Positions 44,790 through 62,269 of a DNA stretch of 64,000 nucleotides are shown piece after piece (position 1 is the stretch's first letter; every line of letters starts with the position of its first letter). This stretch comes from the human T2T-CHM13v2.0 reference genome, Homo sapiens. The position numbers and the translations under genes are program-made. The DNA lies in NCBI RefSeq assembly GCF_009914755.1, contig NC_060927.1. One strand, given 5' to 3'. The notes beneath the pieces were generated by a model. It was given only the letters and a program-made list of their open reading frames with translations, was not told the origin of the DNA and ran no database searches.

Positions 44790-46000
44790 TTATAAGTACA
44801 ATTGGACTAGATATGGCTGGATAGGGATACAATGAATTGTAAGTGCCATGGTGAAAAGCGTGAGAAAAGAGCCATAAAGTGAAATCTCCCTGCTCTAGTT
44901 TGATTGGAAAAGAAAAGCTGTGCTTTCAAGTGAGGGAAATAAGCCTGGAGGGCATAGTTTGGAACATTCTTGTGATGGGCCTTAAATGCCAGGCTGAGAA
45001 GTGACACTTACCTTGCTGGGCAATTGAAAGCTATTGAACATTTTCAGACACAGGAGTAACATGATCATAATTGTCCTTTAAGATTAAAATTGGGTTAGCC
45101 TATGAATGAAAGAGAATGGAGAGAGGCTGGAGGCTGAGAGGCAATTTAGGAGATGATTACTCAAGTCAAAGTTAATAAGAATCTGTCTTAGACTGGGGAA
45201 ATATCAGAGAAAAATAGGAAGTTGATAGTACATGAATGATTAGAAGGATTTAATAGATCGTTATTTGTGGGGAACAAAAAAAAGGAATGGTTTTGGGGGG
45301 AAAAGGTGAGAAGTAGGAGAGAGTTTGGGTTAGAAAATAACAGGATTTGGGACTCCATATTTAAACAGTGATTTGCATTTTTTTTTCTGAGTATTTTCGT
45401 GTCTTTTCCTGGGCCTAGGATAATAATATCAAGGAAAGATCATTGTCTCAATGTATCGGAGTGCATAAAAGCTAAGAAGATAAGTGACTTACTCACCATC
45501 CCTCAGCTAATAACAGACTTTAAATTTCTGGCTCCTACATTACAACTGTATTCACTACTCTGACTTGGATGTTGACAGGACAGGGAACACCTCAGAGGGA
45601 AATGCCCAGCCTTCTCCTGATATTTAAGACTGGTATTTTGAACTTGGGAGAGGTAAATTGTTATATGAGTCATCAAAATTGTTATATGAGTCATCAAGAT
45701 GGAATCCACAGTCAAGGATAAAATTGTCAAAGGGATGAGTACTAAAAGAGAAGCAGTTTGGTGTGGAGCCCTTGAGGAACAGGTGCTTTCTGAAAGCAAG
45801 CAGAGGAGAAACAAACACAAACAATTTAATCTGAATGATCAAAAGTGATTTCAAGTAAGGCAGAAATGTGTAGGTTAAGGAAGGGGGATCTTTAAAAAAG
45901 AAGGAAATTAGTATAGAGAGGTTTAATGAATGAAGCTTGAAAAAGACCACTTGAATAGAAAACTCCTGAAGACTTTAAAGAGAATGTTTTTATTATACTA
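44790..46000 (-). mobile_element. Degraded L2 fragments
   Basis: GGGCCTTAAATGCCAGGCTGAG, GGAGTAACATGATCA and GGAGCCCTTGAGGAACA motifs. The region is patchy and boundaries are approximate. Confidence 0.5.
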
Positions 46001-49000
46001 ATGGGAGATAAAAGCAAAATTAAGGTCATATTGTAATGAAATCTAGAGACATAGAATACTTACCCTGTGAGTTATAGTAATATTTATTTGTATTCGAGTT
46101 TCTGTTTTAAGGCAACAGACATTTGTATGATTTTTATGTTATAAAGAAAGAAACAATGTCACTGTTGAAATCTCAGAAACACTAACAAAAATAACAAATT
46201 TCAGTTTTTTTCTTTTTCCCAAAGAAATACCTGGAACTCTTAAGGATATTTATAGACATGTAATTCAGTGTAAACTCTATTTCATATTGTAATATTTATG
46301 ATTTATTATACTTTTCTGCCAAATAATTTCATATTTACTCTTCCTTAGGATATATGTCCATATCACAGAATGTGGTAATTAAATATGAATGTTAAATTGG
46401 TTTACTGATTTTCAGATTTGCCCACACAAGTGAGCAAGAATTCAGTGACTGAAATCTTGCTTTGTAAGCTCAGAAACTCAATTTTATTACATTGTCTACT
46501 GTTGGTAAAATTGATTATATAAGGTCAACGCTATAAGGGTTGAGACCATATTTTCTTCAACTGTGAATCTAGCACAAGGTCTTGTACATAGCAAGTGTTC
46601 ATACATGAATTGATAAATAAAGAAAGGCATAGAATGTATACTAACTTATAATGTAGTATACAAGGTAATAATTTATTTCTAAAACTACTCTTTATAAATT
46701 TCAAATGCCAGTTACTTTCATCTGCCAAGTTACTCAATAAGAGTAATTTGTTTAAAACATTTTCTTCTGTGTGTGTTAGTCTGTTTAGGAATTCTGATTA
46801 AAATTTAGAAAGTAAGCAAGTATAGTTTAGGTAGATTTGGACGTTCTTTGACTTAACAATTTATAAATTTTTTCTTAGGGTGGGCTTCTCTTGCATTATT
46901 GGTATCTGTATCATTCTAAAGATGAATAAACAGACTTAGGAAGGTTCAATAGCATGGATTAAATTACATAAGTAATATGAAATGTAGATTTAGAATGCCA
47001 AATACATGATTCCCATGAGGCATTCATGCACTTGCCAAAAAATGCCCTGGATGGGTTTAATTACAGATAACAAATGACCAAGATGAAAATTGATAACCAG
47101 GGTCATATCTTGATATCAGCTAAATTAGAACCCCAAGACAAGTTCTGTCATTACTGAAAATTAAAATTTCAAATTATAAACATTAAGATATGAACCATCT
47201 GAGCCTGAATGTGATTATCTAGGCTTTCAATAAAGCAAGATTATGTATTTGCCCTGTTCTTAGATTTTGTGCTTGTTTTCATGGTGTTTTCAAATTTCAA
47301 CCAGTAGTTTCAACCACATGTTTCAAACCTTGATTATATATGAACATACTATACTGATCCTTTTACATTAAAATTAAAGATGAACAAATTGAATGTATAA
47401 TGTCAGTTAATAAAACTACATAGGTTTATTTTTGTCTTTACAGAGTAAAATTTTAGTCATTCACTTATTTATCCTTATACAGGTACCTTCCAAAAGAATA
47501 GCTCATAGATATTTTATTTTCGGAATGAAAGGCAATTACATTGCTTGGGAATTACATGAAGAAACTAGTGCTTTGGATTTCAAATTTTTTAAAAAATATA
47601 TTCAGTCAGTGAGATAGTCAACAAAGCGAGAGTTAGAGTATTGGTGTACATGTCCTCTAGGGAATATTGAATAAAAATTATAAGAAAAACAACTTGAAAA
47701 GATACCCATAATTGAAACCAGGAAAATAATTAATTACCCTAAATTGTAACAGAGAACTAATTGGGGACAATTTATTAAATGAGAAAGGAAGAAAATTGTA
47801 ATGATAGTTTGAAACCTGAGTGGGGAGGATGTTGACGGATCAAGAGTAAATTAATTGAAACAATATTAACCAAGATATTTTTTTCTTCTCTATGTGTCAA
47901 TAAATAATGATTTTTCCTTTACTTTTTAAATTTAATTTATAATTTAGGGATGGACACTGATTTAATACACCAATTAAATGAGCAACATATAGACTCTTAT
48001 CACAGTATGGTTTAAATACACTATACTATACAAAAAAATCTCAAATTCCTTTCGTCCAATTTGAGATATACAATGCCTTGTTTTTCTGAATAAAACTTCT
48101 GGTAATTTGTATGCCAGTTATCAAACAGGTACATAAAGTTTAAAAACAGCTGTTGTTTCAAAGGACATCTGTGTTATGGCTAGAATAGACATCGAACATT
48201 TAGTAAACAATGCTATAAAATATAAACTAGGCCTTTAAAGGATAAAGGGTTCTTTTGTGTCTTACCAATTTCTGTAATAAAATGTATCAGAAAGCAATAG
48301 CTAAAAGAAAACCTTTTAATGCATTTCAGATGTGTCATATGTAGTTATAACATATATTAATGATTTTGAAGAAATTAAAGTCAATGAATTATATAACTAT
48401 CCTTGTAGTAAAAGCATAAGATGGAATTGACTTAACTCTATACTTGTAACCATACTTAATGCAGGTTTATTATTAGATAATTCGGATATGACCAAAAATG
48501 ATATTATAATCAGTTATTGTTTTAGAACTACACTTTGAAATGAAGCTCATAGGCAATCAATTTTACATTTAGAACTTATAATTTGACAGAATTCTAACTG
48601 AGGAATTAAACCTCCTCAAATATTTGGTAAACTATTTGCATAGTTACCTAAATTTTGTATGAAATAGATAATTTTTTTCAAAATTCCTTTAAAACCAACC
48701 CTGCCTTTCTCATTCTCTACAGATTTCTTTTCTTATTTTCCTGAAAAGGTTGAAGTTCTTTGATGAGAGATTTCTTCATTTCCTTTGTATTTTAAGATCA
48801 CTCTATAGCAACCTTTATCAATCTCTTTTCCTTTTTCTTATCTTTCATTGAACAATCAAAACCTTTCCCCAAATTTCCTCTTTTGGCTCCTTCTTTCCCC
48901 ACCTCATGCTGCCATCTAAACCTTTGGATAATTTATTTTCACTCTCAGTTGCTGTACAAACACGATCATCTTCTGTCACTCCTGAATTCAATGGTTGAAG

Positions 49001-49465
49001 ACAGACCTACACACCACTCCACAGGACCACCTCACTCATCACAGTCACCAAAGACATCTGTGGTTCTAAATTTCATGGTCTTTATCTTACAATACTTGAC
49101 AAACTTTTCTAATAATGTAGATATGTACACATGCATCACATTACTGTTCCTGTTCAGATGTAGGTTAAAAAGTCCTGTTGTAAGAGAAAAACTTTTTTGA
49201 ATACTTGATTTTGATTGAAATTTTATATATAAGATACCATTATTTCCTCTCAATTGTTGGATTATCAGTGGATGATCCAGGAAGACATTTCTTCCCCCAG
49301 CATCCTCTGTACAGTAGGTGGGTATGCATACATAGGTGTGGGGAGTTTTATTTTAACTCAGTAACATCCTTAAATAGTCTTGAATTGTTCTACACTTGTG
49401 TTCTGTGAAAGAATACTGCTTTAGTTTTTTCCTTCCAATTTTTCTGGCCTCTCTTTTAGTCTTCC

Positions 49466-49582
49466 TTATGGGCTTCTGATCCACTTCATTTCAAGTTTAT
49501 ATATATGTATATATATATATGAGATAGTTATTTGTTTTATATATATATATATATAAACTTGAAGTGGATCAGAAGCCCATAA
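49466..49582. repeat. Inverted repeat (fold-back palindrome) around (TA)n tracts
   Basis: TTATGGGCTTCTGATCCACTTCA (49466-49488) is the exact reverse complement of TGAAGTGGATCAGAAGCCCATAA (49560-49582). The inner AAGTTTATATA../..TATATAAACTT sequences also pair. Confidence 0.95.
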
Positions 49583-50067
49583 AGAAATATATATATATAC
49601 ACATTAATTATATATATTATATACTGCATATAGTATATATAATATACATAATTATATATATTTATATACTGATGATAATTATATATTTATATATAACAAA
49701 TCCCTTAATTTTTCAAGTGTTTTAAAAAACAATTTTATACTTAAACCAGCCTTGAAGATAAGCACAAAATTTACCAGTCTACATTGTTTTTGAAACCATG
49801 GCAACTCTAGCACCCACTCTGCGTATAGCACTATTCTAGGTAGAATACTAGGGAATCCTAACCTTAGAAACATGATTTCACTTTCTGGAATTGCATTATT
49901 TCCGTTTACAGAGATTAAAAATAATTAGAACCACCATGCTTACTACTTACTTACTATCTGCCCCAGCCCCTTCTGATTCAAAGGAAGTCTCATTTCTGCC
50001 AAATTCTTCTTCTCATTTTACTACTTCCTGGTGAATTTCATCTAATTTAGTCATTTCAATGAGGCTC

Positions 50068-50434
50068 TGATATGGACTGAGAATGTGATATTTTGTGTTC
50101 CCATAAAAATTTATGTGTTGAAAGTTCATTTGCTGTGATGGTATTAGAAGGTGAAGCCTTTGGGAACTGATTAGGTCATGAAGGTGGTGCCCTCATAATA
50201 GAATTAGTGCTTGTATAAAGGGCTAAATATAAGTTCTCACCTTCCACGACATGAGGATACAGTGAAAAAAGTCCATCTTGTGAATTAGGAAGTGAGTCTT
50301 CACCACACACTAACTCTGTGAGCACCTTGTTCTTGGACTTTGCAGCTCACAGAACCGTGAGAAATAAATGTATGCTATTTATAAGCCACCAAATTTATGT
50401 TATGCTGTTGTAACAGACTAAATGGATTAAGACA
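50068..50434 (+). mobile_element. MaLR solo LTR, MLT1A-like
   Basis: TGATATGGACTGA..GATTAGGTCATGAAGGTGGTGCCCTCAT..AGAACCGTGAGAAATAAATG..TAAGACA. Confidence 0.85.
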
Positions 50435-51609
50435 GCATCCGTGTACTGATTACATTAAACCTCTATGTTGTAGAGAGGTAAACTCTTAACTTTTAATTCT
50501 CTAGCTTTCAGCTGCAGCTTTGTGTTTTTAGTTTCCCAATGGAAATCTATGCTATTCTATATAAAGAAATATTTCACACTCAATATGTCCTAAATCAAAC
50601 TCATTTATGCTGCCCCAAACTGATTCTACCTCTTGTATTGTCTCTGAATGAATAGTGACACCTTTCACTCTATCTTTATTAATCAGATACTAAATTTCTT
50701 AATGTTTGTTCTTTAATATCTGGCCAATCTTTTACCTTCTCTCCACCCCTACTTCTGCTGCTTTGTTGCAGGCTTTATTTGTCTCTCACCTAGATGACTT
50801 CAAAAGCCTCCTGAATGTTCTCCCTGCCTCAAAGTTTATTTTCCTCTACATGTAGTCTTCATGTTATAGACAGAATAGTCTTTAGATTGCAATTACAATT
50901 ATTTGTATTGTCATGGAGTAAAATCCAGACAATAAAATCTTTAGCATGGCATACAAAATCATTTGCAACATGGCTTCTGTCCATTTTCTGTCACGTCAGA
51001 ACCACACTTTGTGTTGTTTTCTGAGCTCCCTGAACTCTTCCCCATAGGTCGTGATCTCTCTTGAACCTGAGACTTTTCACATGTGGCTCTCTCAGATATT
51101 AATCATCTTCATTCTCCATTTTCTACCTCTAGTATTCTATTTCTCCTTTTCAATATTTAGCTTAAAATCCAAGAAATATTTCTTGATCTTTGTAGGCTGA
51201 CCTAGATGTTTGTTCTACTGCTTCTGTTCATCATCTAATGGTAATTCCTTGTATATTGGTTTGTGTTCTCACCTTCAGTGATCAGTTCTGAGATCACGTT
51301 TTTCACCTCCCAAATAAAGATTAAAAAAACTACCTCACACAAATGTTTTAAATAAGAACGCATATATAGTATACTTTGCACAGTGTTTGAAAAATATTTT
51401 TTCTAACATTAGGCTCAGGATCTCTGCTTCTGGTGGCATCTCATTAAGGTTTCTCTCAAATTCTGACCTTTTAATAATCCCATTTATAGCTCTTGATTTC
51501 CAGCTCTTCATAATGACTGCTTCTTTGCTGTTAGTCCCAAAATATTTTCTGATTTCTTCCATTCCCAAATGTCTAAGTCAACCCAGCAATCTTCCTAACT
51601 TACCATTCT

Positions 51610-51980
51610 TTGTTAGTAGCTCAAGTTGCTTTAATAAAATATGATATACTGGTGGCTTAAACAACAGACATTTGTTTCTCACAGTTTCAGAGGCTGAAAA
51701 GTTTAAGATCAAGGTGCTGGCAGATTCAATTCTTGCTGAGGGTCATCTTCTGGCTTGCAGAAGGCCATTTTCTTTTCACCATATTCTCGCATGACAGAGG
51801 GAGAAAACTCTTGTGTCTCTTCTGTTTCTAAAAGCATAAATTCCATCATGGATGATCGACCTTCATGATCTCATTGCAACCTAATTGCCTTTTAACAATC
51901 TCACCTTCCAATACCATTGCTTTGGATGTTAGGGATTCAATATATGAATTTGGGGGAACACAAACATTGATTCATAACAC
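51610..51980 (-). mobile_element. MaLR solo LTR, MLT1A-like
   Basis: GGTGGCTTAAACAACAGACATTTGTTTCTCACAGTT..AAGATCAAGGTGCTGGCAGATTC..ATATGAATTTGGGGGAACACAAACATT. Confidence 0.85.
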
Positions 51981-52489
51981 ATCTAATCTGTGTCATGACC
52001 TTAAAAACCTTAATATATTAAGTCTATGCCCACGGGAGAACTTATTTGTCACACATTCATTTTAACCTCCTTGTAATATACTTTGCATCCTTACTTCTCA
52101 TCCTAGGTTCTCTGCAGAATCTATTGGTTCTTTTGCAGTTAATGCCTTTAACCATTCAGTATTATTTAATAACTTTTGCAGGAACTTGTATTTTGTACCA
52201 TTCTTCTGAGTTGTGTCCTAGGCATCTTCCTGGGTTTCTTTCTAAGGTTGACCTTCCTACTCCCCCTTGCTAAATCTCTTCTGCTTTTCTCTCTTCAGTC
52301 TGCCCCTTAATTCCAAATATAGTGAAAATGGAAAATCATTTCTTTTCCTAGACTCTCTCTCTCTCCAAGGTGTTGGACTGAATTATCACATGTCCACCTG
52401 AAGGACCTCCAGGACTCCAAATTTGGCATGGCTAAAGTTGATGTCAAATTCTTCCTCCAACAACTAGATCCAATTTATAAATTCCCTTA

Positions 52490-52640
52490 CTAGTTTGGTG
52501 ATCATAGTCAAGTTACTCAGCCTCCCAGTGCCTCTGTCTCCTCAACTGTAAAATGGGAATTAAAAAGTATCTAATTTCAAAGGCTGCTGTGCAAATTAAA
52601 GAAGTCACTTTATGTGATATATGTGAACTGGTACCCTGGA
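52490..52640 (+). mobile_element. MIR fragment
   Basis: CAAGTTACTCAGCCTC..GTGCCTCTGTCTCCTCAACTGTAAAATGGGAAT core. Confidence 0.7.
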
Positions 52641-53654
52641 AATAGAACAGATGGTGATGGTGGTATGTGCCTGTTTGTTATTTTTAGCATTCCTTTTTTC
52701 TTTTAAAGCTTAACACTTTTTATTTGATCACTGGCTTCAATATTTAGTTCTTTTTCACCTCAGTCTTCTTTATTTTATTATCTGCCAAAATCTTAGTTCT
52801 GGTGCTTTTATTCTGCATTTCATATTCTATTTCTATTAATGCTGTTAACTTGTCTCTTTGCTTTTATCTTCTAATTTTTAACCAGGACAAGTCTAACTTA
52901 TCTATTTTATGTTTCTTATACATTCAATACACTGATTTTAAGTTGAGTATACAGTTGCTGTCTTGCTAATGTATTGCTTTTGCATTTTTTTGTATAATTA
53001 AATAAATATTTCTTGGTTTCCATTTTTTTCTACCAAGTGTTAGTTTCACTGAAATCACCTCCTTGCCTCCATACTTGCTACTTTTGTTAAGCACAAATGT
53101 GTTACTTTAATGTCAACGCTTAACATAAAATAAGCACAAGAAGAAATGTTGGCAATACTTATTACAGCCTCCATTACACATTGGTTGTTATGTATATGTA
53201 ATGGAAAAAATAATAACAGTTTATCCACATGTGCCGTTTAACACTTCAGAGATGACAGCAGTGACTTTAAGAGAGGGGGGCAGGGCAAGCACTAAACTAT
53301 AATGAAAGGAGAATGGAAGTAGAATTATGGACACATTTTCTTGGGAAAAAGTAAGTTACCAAAAATATATTGAATAAGGCATTAAAAGGGCTGTATTTTC
53401 ATTATATTCTGCAAAAAACACACCTATAACATATGAGCACACCTGAAAGGCTAGGTTTTACATGAACAATCAATTATTATAAAGTTCTTAAACATTTATT
53501 TTAAGTATTTATTGTTAATATTTAAGAAATTGCATTCTTTACTGATACACCTTTAAGCAAAAATTAAAGTAGAATATACCATATACCAGACATACACTTC
53601 CAAAAACTATTAGAAAATATTAACTTAGGGCTAAGAGTTCTGTTAAGTTGTGGA

Positions 53655-53968
53655 TTTTTTAATTTTAATTTTTATTTTACTCTAAGTTCCGGAATACATG
53701 GGCAGAACATGCAGGTTTGTTGCATAAGTATACATGTGCCATGGCGGTTTGCTGCACCCATCACTTAGGTTTTAAACCCTGCATACATTAGGTATTTGTG
53801 CTAATGATCTCCCTCCATTTGCCCCCAACCCCCTGACAAGCTGTGGTGTGTGATGTTCCTCTCCCTGTGCCTATGTGTTCTCATTGTTCACCTCCCACTT
53901 ATGAGTGAGAACATACAGTGTTTGACTTTCTGTTCCTGTTAGTTTGCTGAGAATGATAGTTTCCAGCT
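53655..53968 (-). mobile_element. 5'-truncated L1PA8-like 3' end
   Basis: Antisense 3'UTR with AGGTTTTAAACCCTGCATACATTAGGTATTTGT and a T-rich tail. Confidence 0.88.
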
Positions 53969-55959
53969 TGCTTTCCCTCTTGTTGATACAAAAAAAAAGT
54001 TAGTTTTAGAAAAAACAACAACAAAAAACAAAAACTACATTGTTTTCTCAACTTCTTAACATGTGTTAAATCCATGAAGTTAGCTATCAGAAATTTTTAG
54101 AGAATGAAGACAATCAAGTGAGCATGGAACTCAGAAAATAAAGAGCTTTGTTTGCCTCTTAGAAGTTATTGGAGAGAATCCATGCCCAAGGAGATATATA
54201 GAGTATTTTTCTGCTTGTCTCTGAAGCTCTTGCTGAGTCAGTGACCCTTAGACATCTGATTCAGAGGCTACCTTAACCTGGCTTTTTCAGACCTTGCCCT
54301 CTAAACTCCAATTAATCCTCTTGTTTGCTAACTCCTTCGAAACATGTCCTACTTTACTATAGCCTGACTTCAATATAGTTCCTGCACCTACTTCCCCTCA
54401 CAGGCATGTGCATGGCCAGCAGTTTGGTGTCCAAACCATCTTCTCAATAATAAATTACTTATAATTCTACATTCTATTACATTTTTCCCCTGATCTAGAG
54501 TAAGAAAGTAGAACAAGATGGGTGAACCCTTTATATAAGTAAATTCAATTCACATATTTAATTGTCAAATAACTCTGCATTTTTCCTTTTCCAAGCTTAT
54601 GAAGTAAATGTCACTACTTTTATTTTACATGTAAGGGAACATAAATCCAAATTTGTTAAATGATTTTCCTAGGAATGTACTGTAAGTAGGTTGCATAGGT
54701 GAGATTCAGTCCACACCTATATGAGATTCCATCATACATTTCTGCCTCTAGTGACAGCTGTTTGAAAATCAGTCTTAGAATAAACATTTAGAAGGAGAAT
54801 CTGGAAGGTAGAACAGCAATGTGAAAATTGTTCTTTGCTCTCCTCTCTATATGTCCGTACTCTTTTAGCCCCTGTTAGGGTCTTTCTATCATTTCATTAA
54901 GATAATGTAAACAGAGGGGGTGGAGCCAAGATGGCCAAATAGGAACAGCTCCAGTCTACAGCTCCCAGCATGAGCGACGCAGAAGATGGGTGATTTCTGC
55001 ATGTCCAACTGTGGTACTGGGTTCATCTCACTTGGGAGTGTCGGAAAGTGGGTGCAGGACAGTGGGTGCAGTGCACTGAGCATGAGCCAAAGCAGGGTGA
55101 GGCATTGCCTCACCTGGGAAGTGAAAGGGGTCAGGGAATTCCTAGTCAAAGAAATTCCCTTTCCTAGTCAAAGAAAGAGGTGACAGATAGCACCTGGAAA
55201 ATAGGGTCACTCTCACCCTAATACTGTGCTTTTCCAATGGTCTTAGCGAACGGCACACCAGGAGATTATATCCCACGCCTGGCTCAGAGGGTCCCACGCC
55301 CACGGAGCCTCACTCATCGCTAGCACAGCAGTCTGACATCAAACTGCAAGGTGGCAGCGAGGCTGGGGGAGGGGTGCCCACCATTGCCTAGGCTTCAGTA
55401 GGTAAACAAAGCAACCTTGAAGCTCGAATTGGGTGGAGCCCACTGCAGCTCAAGGAGGCCTGCTGGCTTCTGTAGAATCCACCTCTGGGGGGAGGGCATA
55501 GCCAAACAAAAGGCAGCAGAATCCTCTGCAGACTTAAATGTCCCTGTCTGACAGCTTTGAAGAGAGTAGTGGTTCTCCCAGCAGGCAGCTGGAGATCTGA
55601 CAACAGACAGACTACCTCCTCAAGTGGGTCCCTGACCCCTGAGTAGCCTAATTGGGAGGCACCCCCCAGTAGGGGCAGACTGACAACACACATGGCTGGG
55701 TTCTCCTCTGAGACAAAACTTCCAGAGGAACGATCAGGCAGCAACATTTGCTGTTCACCAATATCCGCTGGTCTGCAGCCTCCGCTGCTGATACCCAGGC
55801 AAACAGGGTCTGGAGTGGACCTCCAGCAAACTCCAACAGACCTGCAGCTGAGGGTCCTGACTGTTAGAAGGAAAACTAACAAACAGAAAGGACATCCACA
55901 CCGAAACCCCATCTGTATGTCACCATCATCAAAGACCAAAGGTAGAAAAAACCACAAAG

Positions 55960-56974
55960 ATGGGGAAAAAACAGAGCAGAAAAACTGGAAACTCTAAAAA
56001 TCAGAGCACCTCTCCTCCTCCAAAGGAACACACCTCCTCACCAGCAACAGAACAAAGTAGGACAGAGAATGACTTTGAAGACCTGAGAGAAGAAGGCTTC
56101 AGATGATCAAACTACTCTGAGCTAAAGGAGGAAGTTCAAACCCATGGCAAAGAACTTAAAAACCTTGAAAAAAAATTAGATGAATGGCTAACTAGAATAA
56201 CCAATGCAGAGAAGTCCTTAAAGGACCTAATGGAGCTGAAAACCAAGGTATGAGAACTATGTGACAAATGCACAAGCCTCAGTAGCTGATTCGATCAACT
56301 GGAAGAAAGGGTATCAGTGACGGAAGATCAAATGAATTAAATGAAGCGAGAAGAGAAATTTAGAGAAAAAAGAATAAAAGAAACCAACAAAGCCTCCAAG
56401 AAATATGGGACTATGTGAAAAGACCAAATCGACGTCTGATTTGTGTACCTGAAAGTGATGGGGAGAATGGAACAAAGTTGGAAAACACTCTGCAGGATAT
56501 TATCCAGGAGAACTTCCCCAATCTAGCAAGACAGGCCAACATTCAGATTCAGGAAATACAGAGAACACCACAAAGATACTCCTCGAGAAGAGCAACTCCA
56601 AGACACATAATTGTCAGATTCACAAAATTGAAATGAAGGAAAAAATGTTAAGGGCAGCCAGAGAGAAAGGTCGGGTTACCCACAAAGTGAAGCCCATCAG
56701 ACTAACAGCTGATCTCTTGGCAGAAACTCTACAAGCCAGAAGAGAGTGGGGGTTAATATTCAACATTCTTAAAGAAAAGAATTTTCAACCCAGAATTTCA
56801 TATCCAGCCAAACTAAGCTTCATAAGTGAAGGAGAAATAAAATACTTTACAGACAAGCAAATGCTGAGAGATTTTGTCACCACCAGGCCTGCCCTAAAAG
56901 AGCTCCTGAAGGAAACACTAAACGTGGAAAGGAACAACCGGTACCAGCCACTGCAAAAACATGCCAAATTGTAA
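55960..56974 (+). pseudogene. L1 ORF1p remnant
   Basis: ATGGGGAAAAAACAGAGC at 55960. Fragments read ENTLQDIIQENFPNLARQ and YPAKLSFISEGEIK..LQKHAKL*. There are multiple stops and frameshifts. Confidence 0.93.
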
Positions 56975-57037
56975 AGACCGTCGAGGCTAAGAAGAAACTG
57001 AATCAACTAACGAGCAAAATAACGAGCTAACATCATA

Positions 57038-60838
<3,801 letters not shown>

Positions 60839-61559
60839 ACAATGAGAACACATGGACACAGGAAGGGGAACATAACACACGGGCCTGTCGTGGGGTGGTG
60901 GGAGGGGGGAGGGATAGCATTAGGAGATATACCTAATGTTAAATGACCAGTTAATGGGTGCAGCACACCAACATGGCACATATATACATGTGTAACTAAC
61001 CTGCACATTGTGCACATGTACCCTAAAACTTAACGTATAATAATAAAAAAAAAAGATAGTGTAAGCAAATATATAGGTACAGCAAATGTACTTATTACCA
61101 TGGGAACTGTCATTGAGCTTCTGTGCTTTTCTTGGTGATTTAAATCGAATGGCTGATTTGTTCTATCAGTCTTCCTGGAACTTGAAGGTAATCAGATGGG
61201 CCTATAATCTCTAGGATCATCCCTTTTCTTCCTCTTTTATAAAGGCAGGCATTACATTGGTTCTGTTCCACTTCCCAGGGACTCAGTTACTGAAAAGAGT
61301 TGATAAATGCACTCAGAATCTAATTCTCAACTGCCCTGAAATATGTTACCATGTGCTGTGAAATTGAACCACATAAGCAGATGTTCCTTTAAACCGCCCT
61401 TCTCCCATTGTTTCAGCAGAACTTGTTTTTAGCTGTTTCCACCCATCTATCAGAAAATAAACATTTTCTTAGACTTTCTTTTTTGATATGTCTAAGTGAA
61501 ATTCTTTTCTCCATGTTGTTTTTTAGCTCAAGACTTTTATTTTGCATTTTCTCCCCAGT

Positions 61560-61820
61560 AATAATAATAAGAACAATAACAACACTAATATAAACACCAT
61601 TCTTCTAATGTGCTGGTCACTGTGTTAAGCCCTTTATATAGGCTAGTCTATTAAATCTTCACAGTAACCCTGTACAATAAATACCATTCTCATCCTCATT
61701 TTACACTTAAGAAGTCTCAGGGACAGCAGACTCTTTTTTGTCCTCTTTCACAACTTGAAAGTGACAGTGTCAGATTCTAACAGAAAATGTTAGCATAGCC
61801 TCATTTTTAACCATTATGAC
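61560..61820 (-). mobile_element. MIR fragment
   Basis: CACTGTGTTAAGC..TAAATCTTCACAGTAACCCTGT..CCTCATTTTACA. Confidence 0.7.
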
Positions 61821-62269
61821 ATTCTTTCCAGCCTCATTTTCTTCCCCAAAGTCCAGTTGGATGCAAAGAATGTAGTTCAGTTCAATACTGAACTGAGATT
61901 GAACAAAATGTAGCTGAATTCAGAGAAGTTCAATAAAAATTTAAGGACTATTAAATTAAAGTTAGTAAGAAGCCAGTTTGATACCATAACGTGCTGTATT
62001 TTATATACCTAGTTAACCTAAATTATGTTTTTATTTTTTCATTTAGCTTCTTACATGCTTCCAGTTTGAATATTTTGTTTACATGTGCCTTTTGTAAACA
62101 TTTTTCTAAAATTTAGAAGTATTTTAATTGTAATCATTTATTTTAAAAACACGTAGTATCTATATATGCCATTTTACACACATTAAGTGATTTGGATCTT
62201 AAAAGTTGATAATCTACCATATTTTTCTTCTCATTCTCCATAGACGCTGCCCTTTTAAGCATATTTGCC

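Larger units (their letters stand above)
48780..51320 (+). mobile_element. Degraded L2 fragments interrupted by an MLT1A and AT-rich sequence
   Basis: Pyrimidine-rich L2-like motifs (CACTCAATATGTCCTAAATCAAACTCAT, TCTCACCTAGATGACTTCAAAAGCCTCCTGAAT, TTTAGCATGGCATACAAA). Confidence 0.55.
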
